A stretch of 64,000 nucleotides of DNA from assembly GCA_963850305.1 (NCBI GenBank), contig CAWKKR010000008.1:1600001-1664000 (forward strand). Reading direction: 5' to 3'. Each line of letters opens with the position of its first letter. The first letter of the stretch is position 1. The notes under the pieces are model-generated. The model had not been told where the DNA came from and did no database searches. It saw only the letters and a list, made by a program, of their open reading frames with translations. The DNA is from an uncultured delta proteobacterium. GTDB taxonomy: Bacteria > Myxococcota_A > Polyangia > Polyangiales > Polyangiaceae. Both the position numbers and the translations under genes were made by a program. Positions 54,408 to 64,000 of the stretch are shown here, one piece after another.

Positions 54408-56639
54408 TCACGGCACTTCGACGTCGGCTGGAATCTTGACGTCTACACGCTTGCGGTCGGCCGAGAGATCGCGGGCGATCGCGACCTCCACGAGGTCGAT
54501 GGACTCGCTCTTCGCGACGAGCGCGAGCTTCTCTCGGGCCCGAGCGTCGTTGGCGACGTAGGCGTTCATCGCCGTATAGAAGTTCGCCTCCGTCTGCTCG
54601 GCGCGGGTCCGTGCGGCGGCAAGCAGCTGTTCGTCGCTCAGACGACCGGTGGCCCAGGAGCGCAGGCGTGCGGGCCACCCGGCGTCGTCGTCGATCTTGG
54701 CGAGGGCTTCCTCCACCGTTCCGTCACTCGGCGCGCCGAGCCGTCGTTCCAGCAGTCGTAGCCACAGGGCCGCGTAGACGAGGTCGTCAGGGGCAAGATT
54801 CGCGTCAATCGCGCGTCGAACGGCGTCGCGGGAAGATCTCAGGTCGCCGTGCGTCAGTCCGCGCCGGGCTGCATCGAGTATGGTTGCCGTGAGTTGATGC
54901 AGGTCGTTCGCGGACGCGGCGTACGCGCGGAGCGTCGCTCTACGGGCGCCATCCATGTTCCCGTACTGTTCGAGCACCCGCGCGAGGGTGCGTTCTGCGG
55001 TAGCCTGCTCGGGGCTGGTGTGCGCTAGCTGACGTGCGTCGAGCGCTCGATAGAGCGCCGCGTCGAGCGACTTCGACGCCGAGACTCCGTCTCCTTCGTC
55101 GCGATAGATCTGGAACATCGCGAGATCCGCTTCGGCCACGGTCCCGGGATCGGAGGATTCCGTGGCAATTTTCGCGACCGATTCGAGCGATGCCAGAGCG
55201 TCACGCTGATCTCCACGCTGCCTGTCGATCGCCGCCAGCATCTCGAACGCCGGAAGAGTCGGCTCCGCCTTCACCGACGCCTCGACAAGCGGCCGCGCGG
55301 AGACGAGATCGCCGGACCGCGCCTCGAGCGTACCCATCGCGAAGCGCACGCGGGCGACACTCGGGTTCACTTCCCTCGCAAGCGGAGGCTTTTCTGCGAG
55401 GGCGAGGAGCGGCGCCGCTTCCTCGAACGTGCGGCGCGCCGCCGCGATGTCCCCCTCCGCGTCCTGCGTCATCAGTCCCTCGAGCACGTAGCCGAGTGCC
55501 CATGACGCCGCGTCGACTCTCGCCGTTTTCTCGACAGGCGTCGCCAGAAGGATGGGTGCGACCTCTGACATGCCGTGGCGCATCAGCAAGGTCGAAATGG
55601 GCATCACGCCGCGGAGCGTATTGGGCTCGACGCGGTAAAGTTCCACGGCGGCTCCCCAGGCCGCCGCTTGAGCCAGCTCCGGGTCCAGTGAAACGTCGGC
55701 GTCCGCGGCGCCCATACGGTCGAAGCTACTGAAGAGCTCGAGCCACGCCTCGGGGTCGTTCTCTTCGGCGGCCCGCCGCAAGGCCTCGTGAAGATGCGGC
55801 GAGACGACTCGCGCGACTCGGGGCGCTTCCATGGCCGCAAGTGCGCCGGCGGGATTCCCATTTCGCAGGTACAGGGCGGCGAGGGCCATCGCTCCCGTGC
55901 GAACGGCGCGGTAGGCTTCAACCGCCTCATCGCGTTCGAAGTCGTCGCTCGGTGGCATCTGATCTTTGCTGTAGTCGATCGCGCGATCGACCCACTCGAC
56001 GATGGCGTCGCTCGCGGCGCGTACGTTCTCCGGACTCGGGTCCCACAGCGCCTGTCCCACGGCGCTTCGCTCGTCATTTCCCGCCGCCTGGAGCGGACCT
56101 CGACTTCGTGTCTTTTCTTCCCAGTCGCGGATCGCACCGATGTGTGTCTGGGCTTCGGTCAGCTCCGACCCTTTCGGCAGCACGCGCGTCAACATCGAGT
56201 AGAGCGCGAGTGCACGACCTTCGGCGCCCTGGCGCGCGACCGCGTTCGCGGCCGAGACCAGCGCGTTCGTCCGTCCGTCGAGCATGCTAGGATGAAACTC
56301 GCCGGCGCGTACGAGGTAAAGGGCGCCCTCCACTGCGTCCAGGCCGGCATCTTCGTGCCCGCTATCGAAGATGTTCGACGCGCGACCGAGCTGATATCGG
56401 ACGACACCTATCAGCCGATCCGTCCGCGCCGGGCTCGGATTCTTCGTTCGCAGCAGATCGGCCACCTCGCTGGCGAAATGTTCGTCGCTCACTTCGACCG
56501 GATGGACCGCCGAGGGAGCTGCAACGGGCGTCGCCGGGCGGACCGCAGCCCGCGGCGCGCAGCCTGGTTCCGTGGCGAGCACGCTGACCGCGGCCGGAAT
56601 CAGGAAGCTGCCTCGAGACCAAAATCTGCCGCTCTTCAT
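54408..56639 (-). CDS. Hypothetical TPR-like (lipo)protein
   Basis: Long ORF, signal region ending EPGC, helical repeats. Confidence 0.65.
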   Translation of the reverse strand: MKSGRFWSRGSFLIPAAVSVLATEPGCAPRAAVRPATPVAAPSAVHPVEVSDEHFASEVADLLRTKNPSPARTDRLIGVVRYQLGRASNIFDSGHEDAGLDAVEGALYLVRAGEFHPSMLDGRTNALVSAANAVARQGAEGRALALYSMLTRVLPKGSELTEAQTHIGAIRDWEEKTRSRGPLQAAGNDERSAVGQALWDPSPENVRAASDAIVEWVDRAIDYSKDQMPPSDDFERDEAVEAYRAVRTGAMALAALYLRNGNPAGALAAMEAPRVARVVSPHLHEALRRAAEENDPEAWLELFSSFDRMGAADADVSLDPELAQAAAWGAAVELYRVEPNTLRGVMPISTLLMRHGMSEVAPILLATPVEKTARVDAASWALGYVLEGLMTQDAEGDIAAARRTFEEAAPLLALAEKPPLAREVNPSVARVRFAMGTLEARSGDLVSARPLVEASVKAEPTLPAFEMLAAIDRQRGDQRDALASLESVAKIATESSDPGTVAEADLAMFQIYRDEGDGVSASKSLDAALYRALDARQLAHTSPEQATAERTLARVLEQYGNMDGARRATLRAYAASANDLHQLTATILDAARRGLTHGDLRSSRDAVRRAIDANLAPDDLVYAALWLRLLERRLGAPSDGTVEEALAKIDDDAGWPARLRSWATGRLSDEQLLAAARTRAEQTEANFYTAMNAYVANDARAREKLALVAKSESIDLVEVAIARDLSADRKRVDVKIPADVEVP

Positions 56640-56805
56640 GTTGGGTGGCGCCGAGGAGTAGCAAGTAGCATTAGTCTCCGGGCCTCGCACCTCGGAAGCG
56701 TCGTGTTTTCACCGGCGAAACGCCGATTGACCCGGAAGCTCGGGCGGCCTGACTCGCCTCGGAACGTTCGGCCGGCGCTCACGCGATCCCATCGCGTCCT
56801 CCCGT

Positions 56806-58004
56806 TCAGAAGAGAACGTCCACGTGCAATCGGAGGCCGTAGATGTTCCCCCCGAGCTGCCCACCCAGCGGCAACACGACGCCGGCGCTCGGAATTACCT
56901 TGCCGAACTGAGCGAGGATCCGAGGCTCCAGCACGAACTGGAATGGCGTGGGGGAGACGGCTGCCGACGAGTAGTCCAGGGACGGCGACGCCACGTACGC
57001 GATCCACGCCGTGAGCGCGGCGTGCACGTGATCGAGCACCTCGTAGCTCGCCGTTCCGTCGAGTACCGCGGTGAATGCGACACCGTTCAGTGAGAACGAT
57101 CCATCTCCGTTGGGGCTCGGTGCATAGATGCTTCCCCGATCTTGGGCATGATCGCGGCCTTAACTTCCGCGCCCACCCGGAGTCGGTCCGCGCGGTGTCG
57201 AAATGTCAGCGCCGGCGTGATCGGCAGCCGCTTCGTCGCATAGAGCTCCTGATCGTGCCATCCATTCGCCGCATCCGCGATCGTCTGCAGGCGACCCTTC
57301 GTCCATCCGGACGCATCGGGCAAGTCCGTCGCGTCAGGGTTGCCCTGCGCGGTTGGAATGCCGATGCCTAGGCGAACGGCCCATTCCGTGTTGCCCGGGT
57401 CCGTCAGGCGATACGTGCCAGCGAGCTCCACGTTTCCAAGCGCGTTCACCGACGAGTTTTGTCCCGTCGGATCCTTCGTCGTCCCGATCGTCCACGGGAC
57501 GCGCAGAGACACGCGAAACGTCGATGACAGATCGTCGAAGGCGCCCGCAAGGAAAGCGTAACTCGACGAGCTACCCGTCGTCGTGTCTCCGGTCACGGTG
57601 CTCGCGGGGCCCGGGACGGGCGCCGACCCGAAGCCGAGCAAGCCCTCCACGAAGATTGCGAACGTCTTTCTGAAGGGTCGGGGTGCCTGCTCGGCCTTCG
57701 GTTCGTTCTTCGGTTTCGGGTTCGCACCGGAGGCGTCATTGTTCGTGTCGTTCGCGTCCGCATCGTCGCCGGTGTCGGCGCTGCTGCCCTTTGCGGGCGG
57801 CTTGTCTCTTCCCGGCACGAACTGGCCTTCATCGGCCGTGGTTTCCGTTTCGGCAGGATCTTTTTCCCCCGCCTCCATCATGCCGGCGTTTCGCTCCGAT
57901 CCGGTGTCCTCGGACTGCTTCCTCTTGCCCTTCGCCAACGATGTCGACGCGACGGCGAACACGGTACACGCTGCGACCCAGCCCCTAATCTCTTGCGCTC
58001 GCAT
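56806..58004 (-). CDS. Putative outer-membrane protein; frameshift near 57130
   Basis: Signal peptide, acidic linker, amphipathic strands (ALGNVELAGTY), terminal LHVDVLF in the second frame. Confidence 0.6.
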
Positions 58005-58171
58005 GGCTCTCCCTCAATCGAAAATGGGCCCGAATGCCGTAAAAATGGCGGATCCTTCGCCGACCCGCGCCCGCGCCCCAGCCGAGGCGCGGGGACGTTA
58101 CCATTTGAGTCGATCGCGAGGTTCGCTTTCGAACGTTCCCCGGCGAAGAAAGACGCTCTACGCTGAGCACG

Positions 58172-61100
58172 ATGAGCGACGAGTCACCGCTGGCGCCGAA
58201 GCGACTCGCCGACTTCGAAGTGATTCGCAGATTGGGCGTGGGTGGCATGGCAGAGGTCTTCCTCGCGAAGAAGCGAGGCGCCGAGGGCACGTACAAGCTC
58301 CTCGTTCTGAAGCGAATCTTGCCAGCTCACGATTCGCGACGATTTCGGACGATGTTCGCCGAGGAAGCGCAGCTCGCGACGCGTCTCAATCATCCAAACA
58401 TCGTTCAGGTCTATGACTTTCAGGACTACGGCGACGAGGGGCAGCTCCTGAGCATGGAGTACGTCGAAGGCCCCGACTTGCGAAAATTGCAGCGGGGCGC
58501 GCACTCCAAGAAGACCCGAATTCCGCCGTACGTAGCAGCGTACATCGTGGCCGAAGTGGCCAAGGGTCTTCACTACGCCCACGAGCGTCGCGACGAAGGC
58601 GGCAAGCCTCTGCAGATCGTGCACCGCGACGTGTCGCCGCAGAACGTGTTGCTCAGCTTCGATGGTGCCGTGAAGGTCGCCGATTTTGGCATCGCGAGCG
58701 CGAGCCTGTTCCGCGACGAGCCCGGGGTCCTGAAAGGGAAGACCGGCTACATGTCGCCCGAGCAAGCCCGTGCCGAAAAGGTCGATCGCCGCACGGATGT
58801 GTATTCGCTCGGCGTAGTGTTTCACGAGTTGCTCACCGGCAGAGCGCTCCACGGCTCCGCGGAAGGCGCCGAGCTTCTCGAGGCCGTGCGCGCCGGACGC
58901 GTCGAGCCGCCGAGCCTTTATGCCCGAGAGGTTCCGCTGGAGCTCGAGTCGATCGTGATGCGGGCTCTGTCGCGGGACCGAGAAGAGCGGTTTCAGACGG
59001 CGCGCGATCTCGCCTCCGCGATCACGCGCGTGCTGTTCCAGAAGCAGGAGCCGGTGGACGCACACGTGCTCGAGCTGTCGATCGCAGAGTTCGTCGGACG
59101 CGAACATACCTCGCCGGGCCTGGTCGAACCGGGTGAAGCAGAGCCGCGGGTCGAGTCCGAGCACGGCCGCTCGGCGGAACGCGACGACGGCACGTCCTCG
59201 GGTGTGGGTACCGGGCAGGACCGCGAGACCGGTCCGGGCGGTCCCGTTCGCCCGCTGCACGAACGCGCGGGCCGCGAGGTGCGGCACGTCGCGATCGTCC
59301 GCCTCACGCTCGTCGGATTCGCGAAGCTCGAAAGCTCGCTGGGTGCAGCTCACACGGCGCGGTTCTTCGATCGCCTGCGGAGCATCCTGGACGAAGTCGC
59401 GTGGAAGCGTGGCGGACGCTGGTCGTGGGACGCGCCTTCCGGGGCGCGCGACTTCGAGAAGGACCCTGCGGCCATGGCGGTGGTCGGTTTGCTCGCGAAC
59501 CCCGCGCGCTCTTCGGCGGACGCCGCGTCGCTGGCCGTGGACGTTCACGACGTCATTCAAGGAGCCTCCGACGATATACCCGAACCGATCCAGGCAACGG
59601 TCGGCATCGTGCGAGGGATAGCCACGGGTCGCCGCGATCGTGCCGGGCACCTGGTGGGTCACACGCTCCAAGAGCCGGCAGAGTTCCTCGCGAAACTCAT
59701 CGGCGACCAGGCTCCACCGGGTCAGACGTGGGTGGCAGGCGGCCTCTATCGGCTCGTTCGGCGAGACTTCGTGTGGGGTGACGCCCCGACCATCGCGCTC
59801 GAGCCTTCCGAGAAGAGTGCACTCCCGAGGAGCATGCGGATCTACGCTCTAGAGCGTCCGCTCACGCGCGAGGAAAAGCGCGAGCAGATGTCGCATGCCC
59901 CCCGCGATCTCGTGGGACGCGATACGGAGCTCGCGGATCTCCATGCCGCGTATCATCGCGCCGTCACTCCCGCGAAAGAGCACGGGATAGGACAGGTCAC
60001 CGCGCGAGTCATCAGTGGGGAAATGGGCATCGGCAAGACTGCGCTCGTGAACGCGCTCGCCTCGGAATTGCCACCCGATGCGCGCGTCGTCCGGATCGAG
60101 TGCTCGCCGGCTTCGAGCGAGCTCCCATTTTCTGCGGTGGGGCAGTTCGTGCGCGAATTCACCGGTACCCGCATGGATCAGCCGATGGCCGAGGCGCGGG
60201 CGATCGCGCTCGAGGCGCTCGGGGAATTCGCCGGAGGACGCAACCGGGACGACATCGTGACCCGACTTGCGCAGCTCGGTACCGGAAGGCTCGCGGAAGC
60301 CTCGGACGAAGCGGACGTCGCTCACAATCGACGACTCCTCACATCGGGAGTGCGACGTCTCTTCGCGCGCGCCGCCGTCGAGGCACCGCTCGTGGTAGTG
60401 CTCGACAGCCTGCAGTGGTGCGACCGCGCCAGCCTGGAGCTGGTCACGAGCCTCGTCCGGCGCGGCGACCCGCTCCCCGTGCTGACGCTTCTCGTTGCGC
60501 GCCCGGACGACAGGGTCGTTCCACTCATCGAGGGGATCGTTCGTGTCGAGCTGCGAGGTCTCAACGCCGACAACCAGGTTCGATTGATACAGGCGCATCT
60601 CGGCGCGACGGAAGGGGTGGCTCAGGTTTGCGCGGATCTGCTCCCCAGGGTCGCGGGTAATCCCTTCTTTCTGCTCGAGATGATCGACGCGTTACTGGAG
60701 CGTGGTGCTCTCGAGCTCCGCGAGCGCGGCGAGGGCGAGGAGCCCGCTCTCGTTCGAACGGAGCGCAGCGAGGATAGCCGTCAGCCTTTACCATCGACCC
60801 TGGAACAGCTCATCGCGGATCGTCTGAACGAGCTGCCTGCGGAGGAGCACGCGGTGGTTCTCTGGCTCGCCGTGACCGGTGGTCCCCTGGCCGTCGTGGA
60901 CTTGCGTGCTCTTGGCGTCGCAGACCCGGAGGAAGCCGTGGTGCGGCTCTGTGCCCGCGGACTCTGCGACGACCGCGGGGACGTCGTCGACGTGCGCCAT
61001 CCGTTGACTCGCGATGTCGCGTACATGGCCATCGAGCCCAGCGATCGGGAGGTCATGCATCGAAAACTGGGAATGCTCCTCGCGAGCCGTCCCACCGTCG

Positions 61101-62561
61101 AAGGGCTCGGCGCCGCCATCGTCGCGCAGCACCTGGCCCGCGGGAACGCGCGCGCCGAGGCCGCGACGTTCTATCTCAACGCCGCCTCCGCCGCGCAGGC
61201 AAGCTACCAGCTTCTCCTCGCCGCTCGTTATTATGGACGCGCGGTGAAGCTCGCTCCGCGCCTCGAGCCGAGCCGCCTGGCCGCGTTCGAGGCGCTCGAG
61301 ACGATCGCGCGGATCCAGGGCAAGTGGCGCGATCGGCGACGATATCTGGCGTCGCTACGCCACCTTTCGCGCGACAGCCGGAAGCCGTACTGGGTTGCGG
61401 TCGCCCTCATCCGCACCGCGAGATTCGATCTCGACGCCGGGCGCCTCGCTCGCGGGCTCACGCTGGCCCAGAAGGGGGAGACCGTGGCTCGCGCGACGCG
61501 CTCGGCGAGACTCGAAGTGGAAGCTCAGCTCTTGATGGCGGAGATGCTCCGGGACCTCGGAGACATGCAAGGCGCACTTGCGGCGTGTGACCGCGCCCTC
61601 GACACGGCCGAGCGCGCGACAGTGCCGGCTCGTCTTCGTGCCGAAGTCCTCCGCGCTCGCGGGACACTGCTGCTCAGAGTCGGCCGCGTCCAGGAAGCCG
61701 TCAACGCGCACGCCGACGCGATCGCCGTCTTCCGGCAGGTGGGCGCACGGCGTCTCGAGGCTCGCGCGAAGAACTCGCTCGCCTTCGCGATGTTCGTGCT
61801 CGGACGTTTCGAGGACGCGATTGCACTCGGGCTCGAGGCCATTCGCATCGATCTCGCAATCGGCGGGCGCTTTCAGATAGCACGCACCCTCGCCAATATC
61901 GGGCGGTCCTTCGCACGGCTCGGGGACTACGCTCGGGCCGAGATCGTATCTCGGAAGGGCGCGCGAAGCGCATCAACGTTACGGCGACCAGGACGGCCGA
62001 GCGGAAACCCTGCTCGCCACCGCGGAAGTGTTACTCGAGATGCACGAGATCGAACCCGCCGTGGAACTGGTCGGCGACGCGGGCGCCCTCACCGCCGTCA
62101 CGGGCAGCGCTTACGACGCCGTTCACGAGAAGATCCTCAGGGCGCTGCTGGCTCGGCAGGCGGGAGACTCCGGCGCGGCCGTCATGCACGCATTCGATGC
62201 GCGTCAGGTCGCCGAGGCTCAAGCGTACGTCGCGTTCCACTTCTATGCGATGGCCATCGAAGCGCGCGCCCGCGTCGACATCGGCGAACACCACACGGGT
62301 ATTCTCCTTGCGACGACGGCGAGCGGTGCCATCGAGACCATCCAGGGTTCGGAGTACGGGCTCGAAACTCGAGCCCTGTGTGCGGAGGCACTCGCCGCGG
62401 CGAAGTCGCCCCAGGCGCCGGAGATGCGCGAGCGAGCTGCGCGACACGCCCGAAAAATCCGCGAATCGATCCGCGCAGCCGAGTTCCAGACGTCGCTTGG
62501 CGGCCGAGCCGTCGTTCGAGAATTGCTCCCGGCGTCGAGCGATCCCGCAGGCGTGGGGTAG
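58172..62561 (+). CDS. Ser/Thr kinase fused to cyclase-like, ATPase and TPR regions; frameshift near 61945
   Basis: LGVGGMAEV, HRDVSPQN, DFG, YMSPEQ, GEMGIGKT, GNPFFL; C-terminus continues in ORF 62028-62561. Confidence 0.9.
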
Positions 62562-64000
62562 TCACTCGATCCGACTCGGCAGCGGTGCGCGCCCCGCCGA
62601 GCCGTCGGCGTACCGCGAGTCGAGATAATCGAGCAGCGCGTCGGTCGCCCGCTCGAGGCTTCCACGCCGCGAGAACGTGTGGTCCGTATCCTCGACGAAG
62701 ACCATACGGAAGTTCGTGACGTCGCGCAGCTTTCGTCCGCGCGGGCCCAGGTGGAACTCCAGATAGTCGAGCCCGTCGTCCTCGGAGCCCACGATGAACA
62801 GCGAATCGGTTCCGCGGGCGCAGATCATCCGCAGGTTCAGGAGGACGTCTTCTTCATGCGGGGACTGCCGGAACGCACGGTTCGCGTAACGACGCGCGTG
62901 CGCCATCGCCAACAAACGGAGCCGATTCGCGATCCCACGCGCGTCGATCTTCCCGCGCGCGAGCCGGACGTACGTGCTCGGTTCGAGGAGCGCCCGCTTG
63001 TAGAAGCAAGTCGACTTGAAGCTCTGTCTCATCACGCTCTCCAGCGTGTCCCCCGGTCGCCAGGCGAGGCGGCGCGGATTCATGAGGACTTGCCCCGAGA
63101 CGCGCCGGTCTGCGAGCGCCGTCTGGAACGCGACGTACGCGCCCGAGCAGAGCCCGACGAGGACGAATTGCTCGCAGCCGCGCCTGCTCAGCCACTCCAT
63201 GGCTTGCTGCACATCCCCTACGGCGCTCTTCGAATACATGCGCGGCCCCGGGGGACTCGCCGTCGCGGGATGACTATCGCCGATCCCCGCCAGGTCGAAG
63301 CGCAGCGAACGATATCCGCTTGCGCCCATTGCGCGCGCCAGCTTCACGTACATTCGGTTCGGACCGACGTGGTGGTTGGTGCCTACGCTGAGCATCAATA
63401 CCCCGACGCGCGCTCGCGCCCCCCGGGGATGGTCCGCGGGCTCCGAGAAAATCCCGAAAAGATTGCGAGCCAGCCCGAAGGCGATCGGCGTTTCACGGAC
63501 GCCTTCGATGAAGGCCGGCCTGGGAGGCCCCAGCGATGGCGGTCCGACCTTGGGCGTTTCGGCGGACGACGGAGGGTAGGCTTCCGAAAGCCATTCGGTG
63601 ATGGCTTCAAGCGTGTCTCCCGCCACGTCGCGTTCGCGGGGTTCGACCATCATTGCCGCGAAGCCCTGGAGCTGCCGAGAGGCGACATCGACCCCGAGCT
63701 TTTTCAACGCATTCGGGAGAGGCCCCTCTTCACGCAGATCGTCGCGACCGATGAGCAAGGCGCGCTTTGCGGGACGTGTCGTGAGTCGGAGTAGATCGAT
63801 CGATTGCAGATGCTCGAGAGTCTTGGCGGTGTACAGATATCCCATCGTCTCCAGGTCGCCATGCTCGAGTCGCTCGCGACGCGCGCCCGCGGCCATGCGC
63901 AACTCACGTGCGAAGGCTCGTCCCGAGACGCACGGGGCCCACAAGACCAGGTTGTCGATGGCGCCTTCGACGGCGGCGACGTTGACAGCAAGCGTCGCGC
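62562..64000 (-). CDS. Two-domain alpha/beta hydrolase; 5' end outside window
   Basis: LVLWAP, HHVGPNRMYV, RFDLAGIGDS, GLCSGA, DHTFS. Confidence 0.85.
   Translation of the reverse strand, partial: ATLAVNVAAVEGAIDNLVLWAPCVSGRAFARELRMAAGARRERLEHGDLETMGYLYTAKTLEHLQSIDLLRLTTRPAKRALLIGRDDLREEGPLPNALKKLGVDVASRQLQGFAAMMVEPRERDVAGDTLEAITEWLSEAYPPSSAETPKVGPPSLGPPRPAFIEGVRETPIAFGLARNLFGIFSEPADHPRGARARVGVLMLSVGTNHHVGPNRMYVKLARAMGASGYRSLRFDLAGIGDSHPATASPPGPRMYSKSAVGDVQQAMEWLSRRGCEQFVLVGLCSGAYVAFQTALADRRVSGQVLMNPRRLAWRPGDTLESVMRQSFKSTCFYKRALLEPSTYVRLARGKIDARGIANRLRLLAMAHARRYANRAFRQSPHEEDVLLNLRMICARGTDSLFIVGSEDDGLDYLEFHLGPRGRKLRDVTNFRMVFVEDTDHTFSRRGSLERATDALLDYLDSRYADGSAGRAPLPSRIE

Noticed and set aside
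58172..62561. Kinase-ATPase-TPR fusion as a novel anti-phage NLR-like system
   Set aside because: Common myxobacterial signalling architecture, located among core genes outside the defence island

Overview
High-GC DNA that looks like a myxobacterial (Polyangiaceae/Sorangiineae-like) chromosome, judged from MYXO-CTERM proteins, a TIGR02266-like PilZ protein, a kinase-ATPase-TPR fusion and several Uma2 nucleases. Core regions: an NRPS tail, a divergent ilvB-leuB-leuA / marR-leuCD cluster, folB, tsaE, mlaE, nadA, thyX, proC, dnaJ and secreted Cys-rich proteins. An accessory defence island (about 13-31.7 kb) holds a 21-bp-periodic repeat tract, a WYL regulator and a type I-G (I-U) CRISPR-Cas system (cas3-HD, cas8g, csb1, csb2, cas4-cas1, cas2; 36-bp repeat, 14 spacers). 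It also holds a tyrosine recombinase, MNT/HEPN and other toxin-antitoxin remnants and three Uma2 genes. The best finding is a cryptic one-spacer mini-array upstream of cas3 (17330-17436). Its spacer matches 20/22 nt of a site about 200 bp upstream (17152-17173) that has a 5'-TTT PAM and overlaps a putative promoter. Between them lies a hairpin-rich segment with a 27-codon ORF. This is the layout of a Cascade-guided repressor RNA (CreA/CreR-like), possibly a CRISPR-controlled toxin-antitoxin. A relic of an earlier cas4-cas1-plus-array module and a direct-repeat-flanked islet are also visible. Many genes, including tsaE, carry frameshifts that are probably assembly errors. All calls come from motif recognition by eye; no database searches were run.
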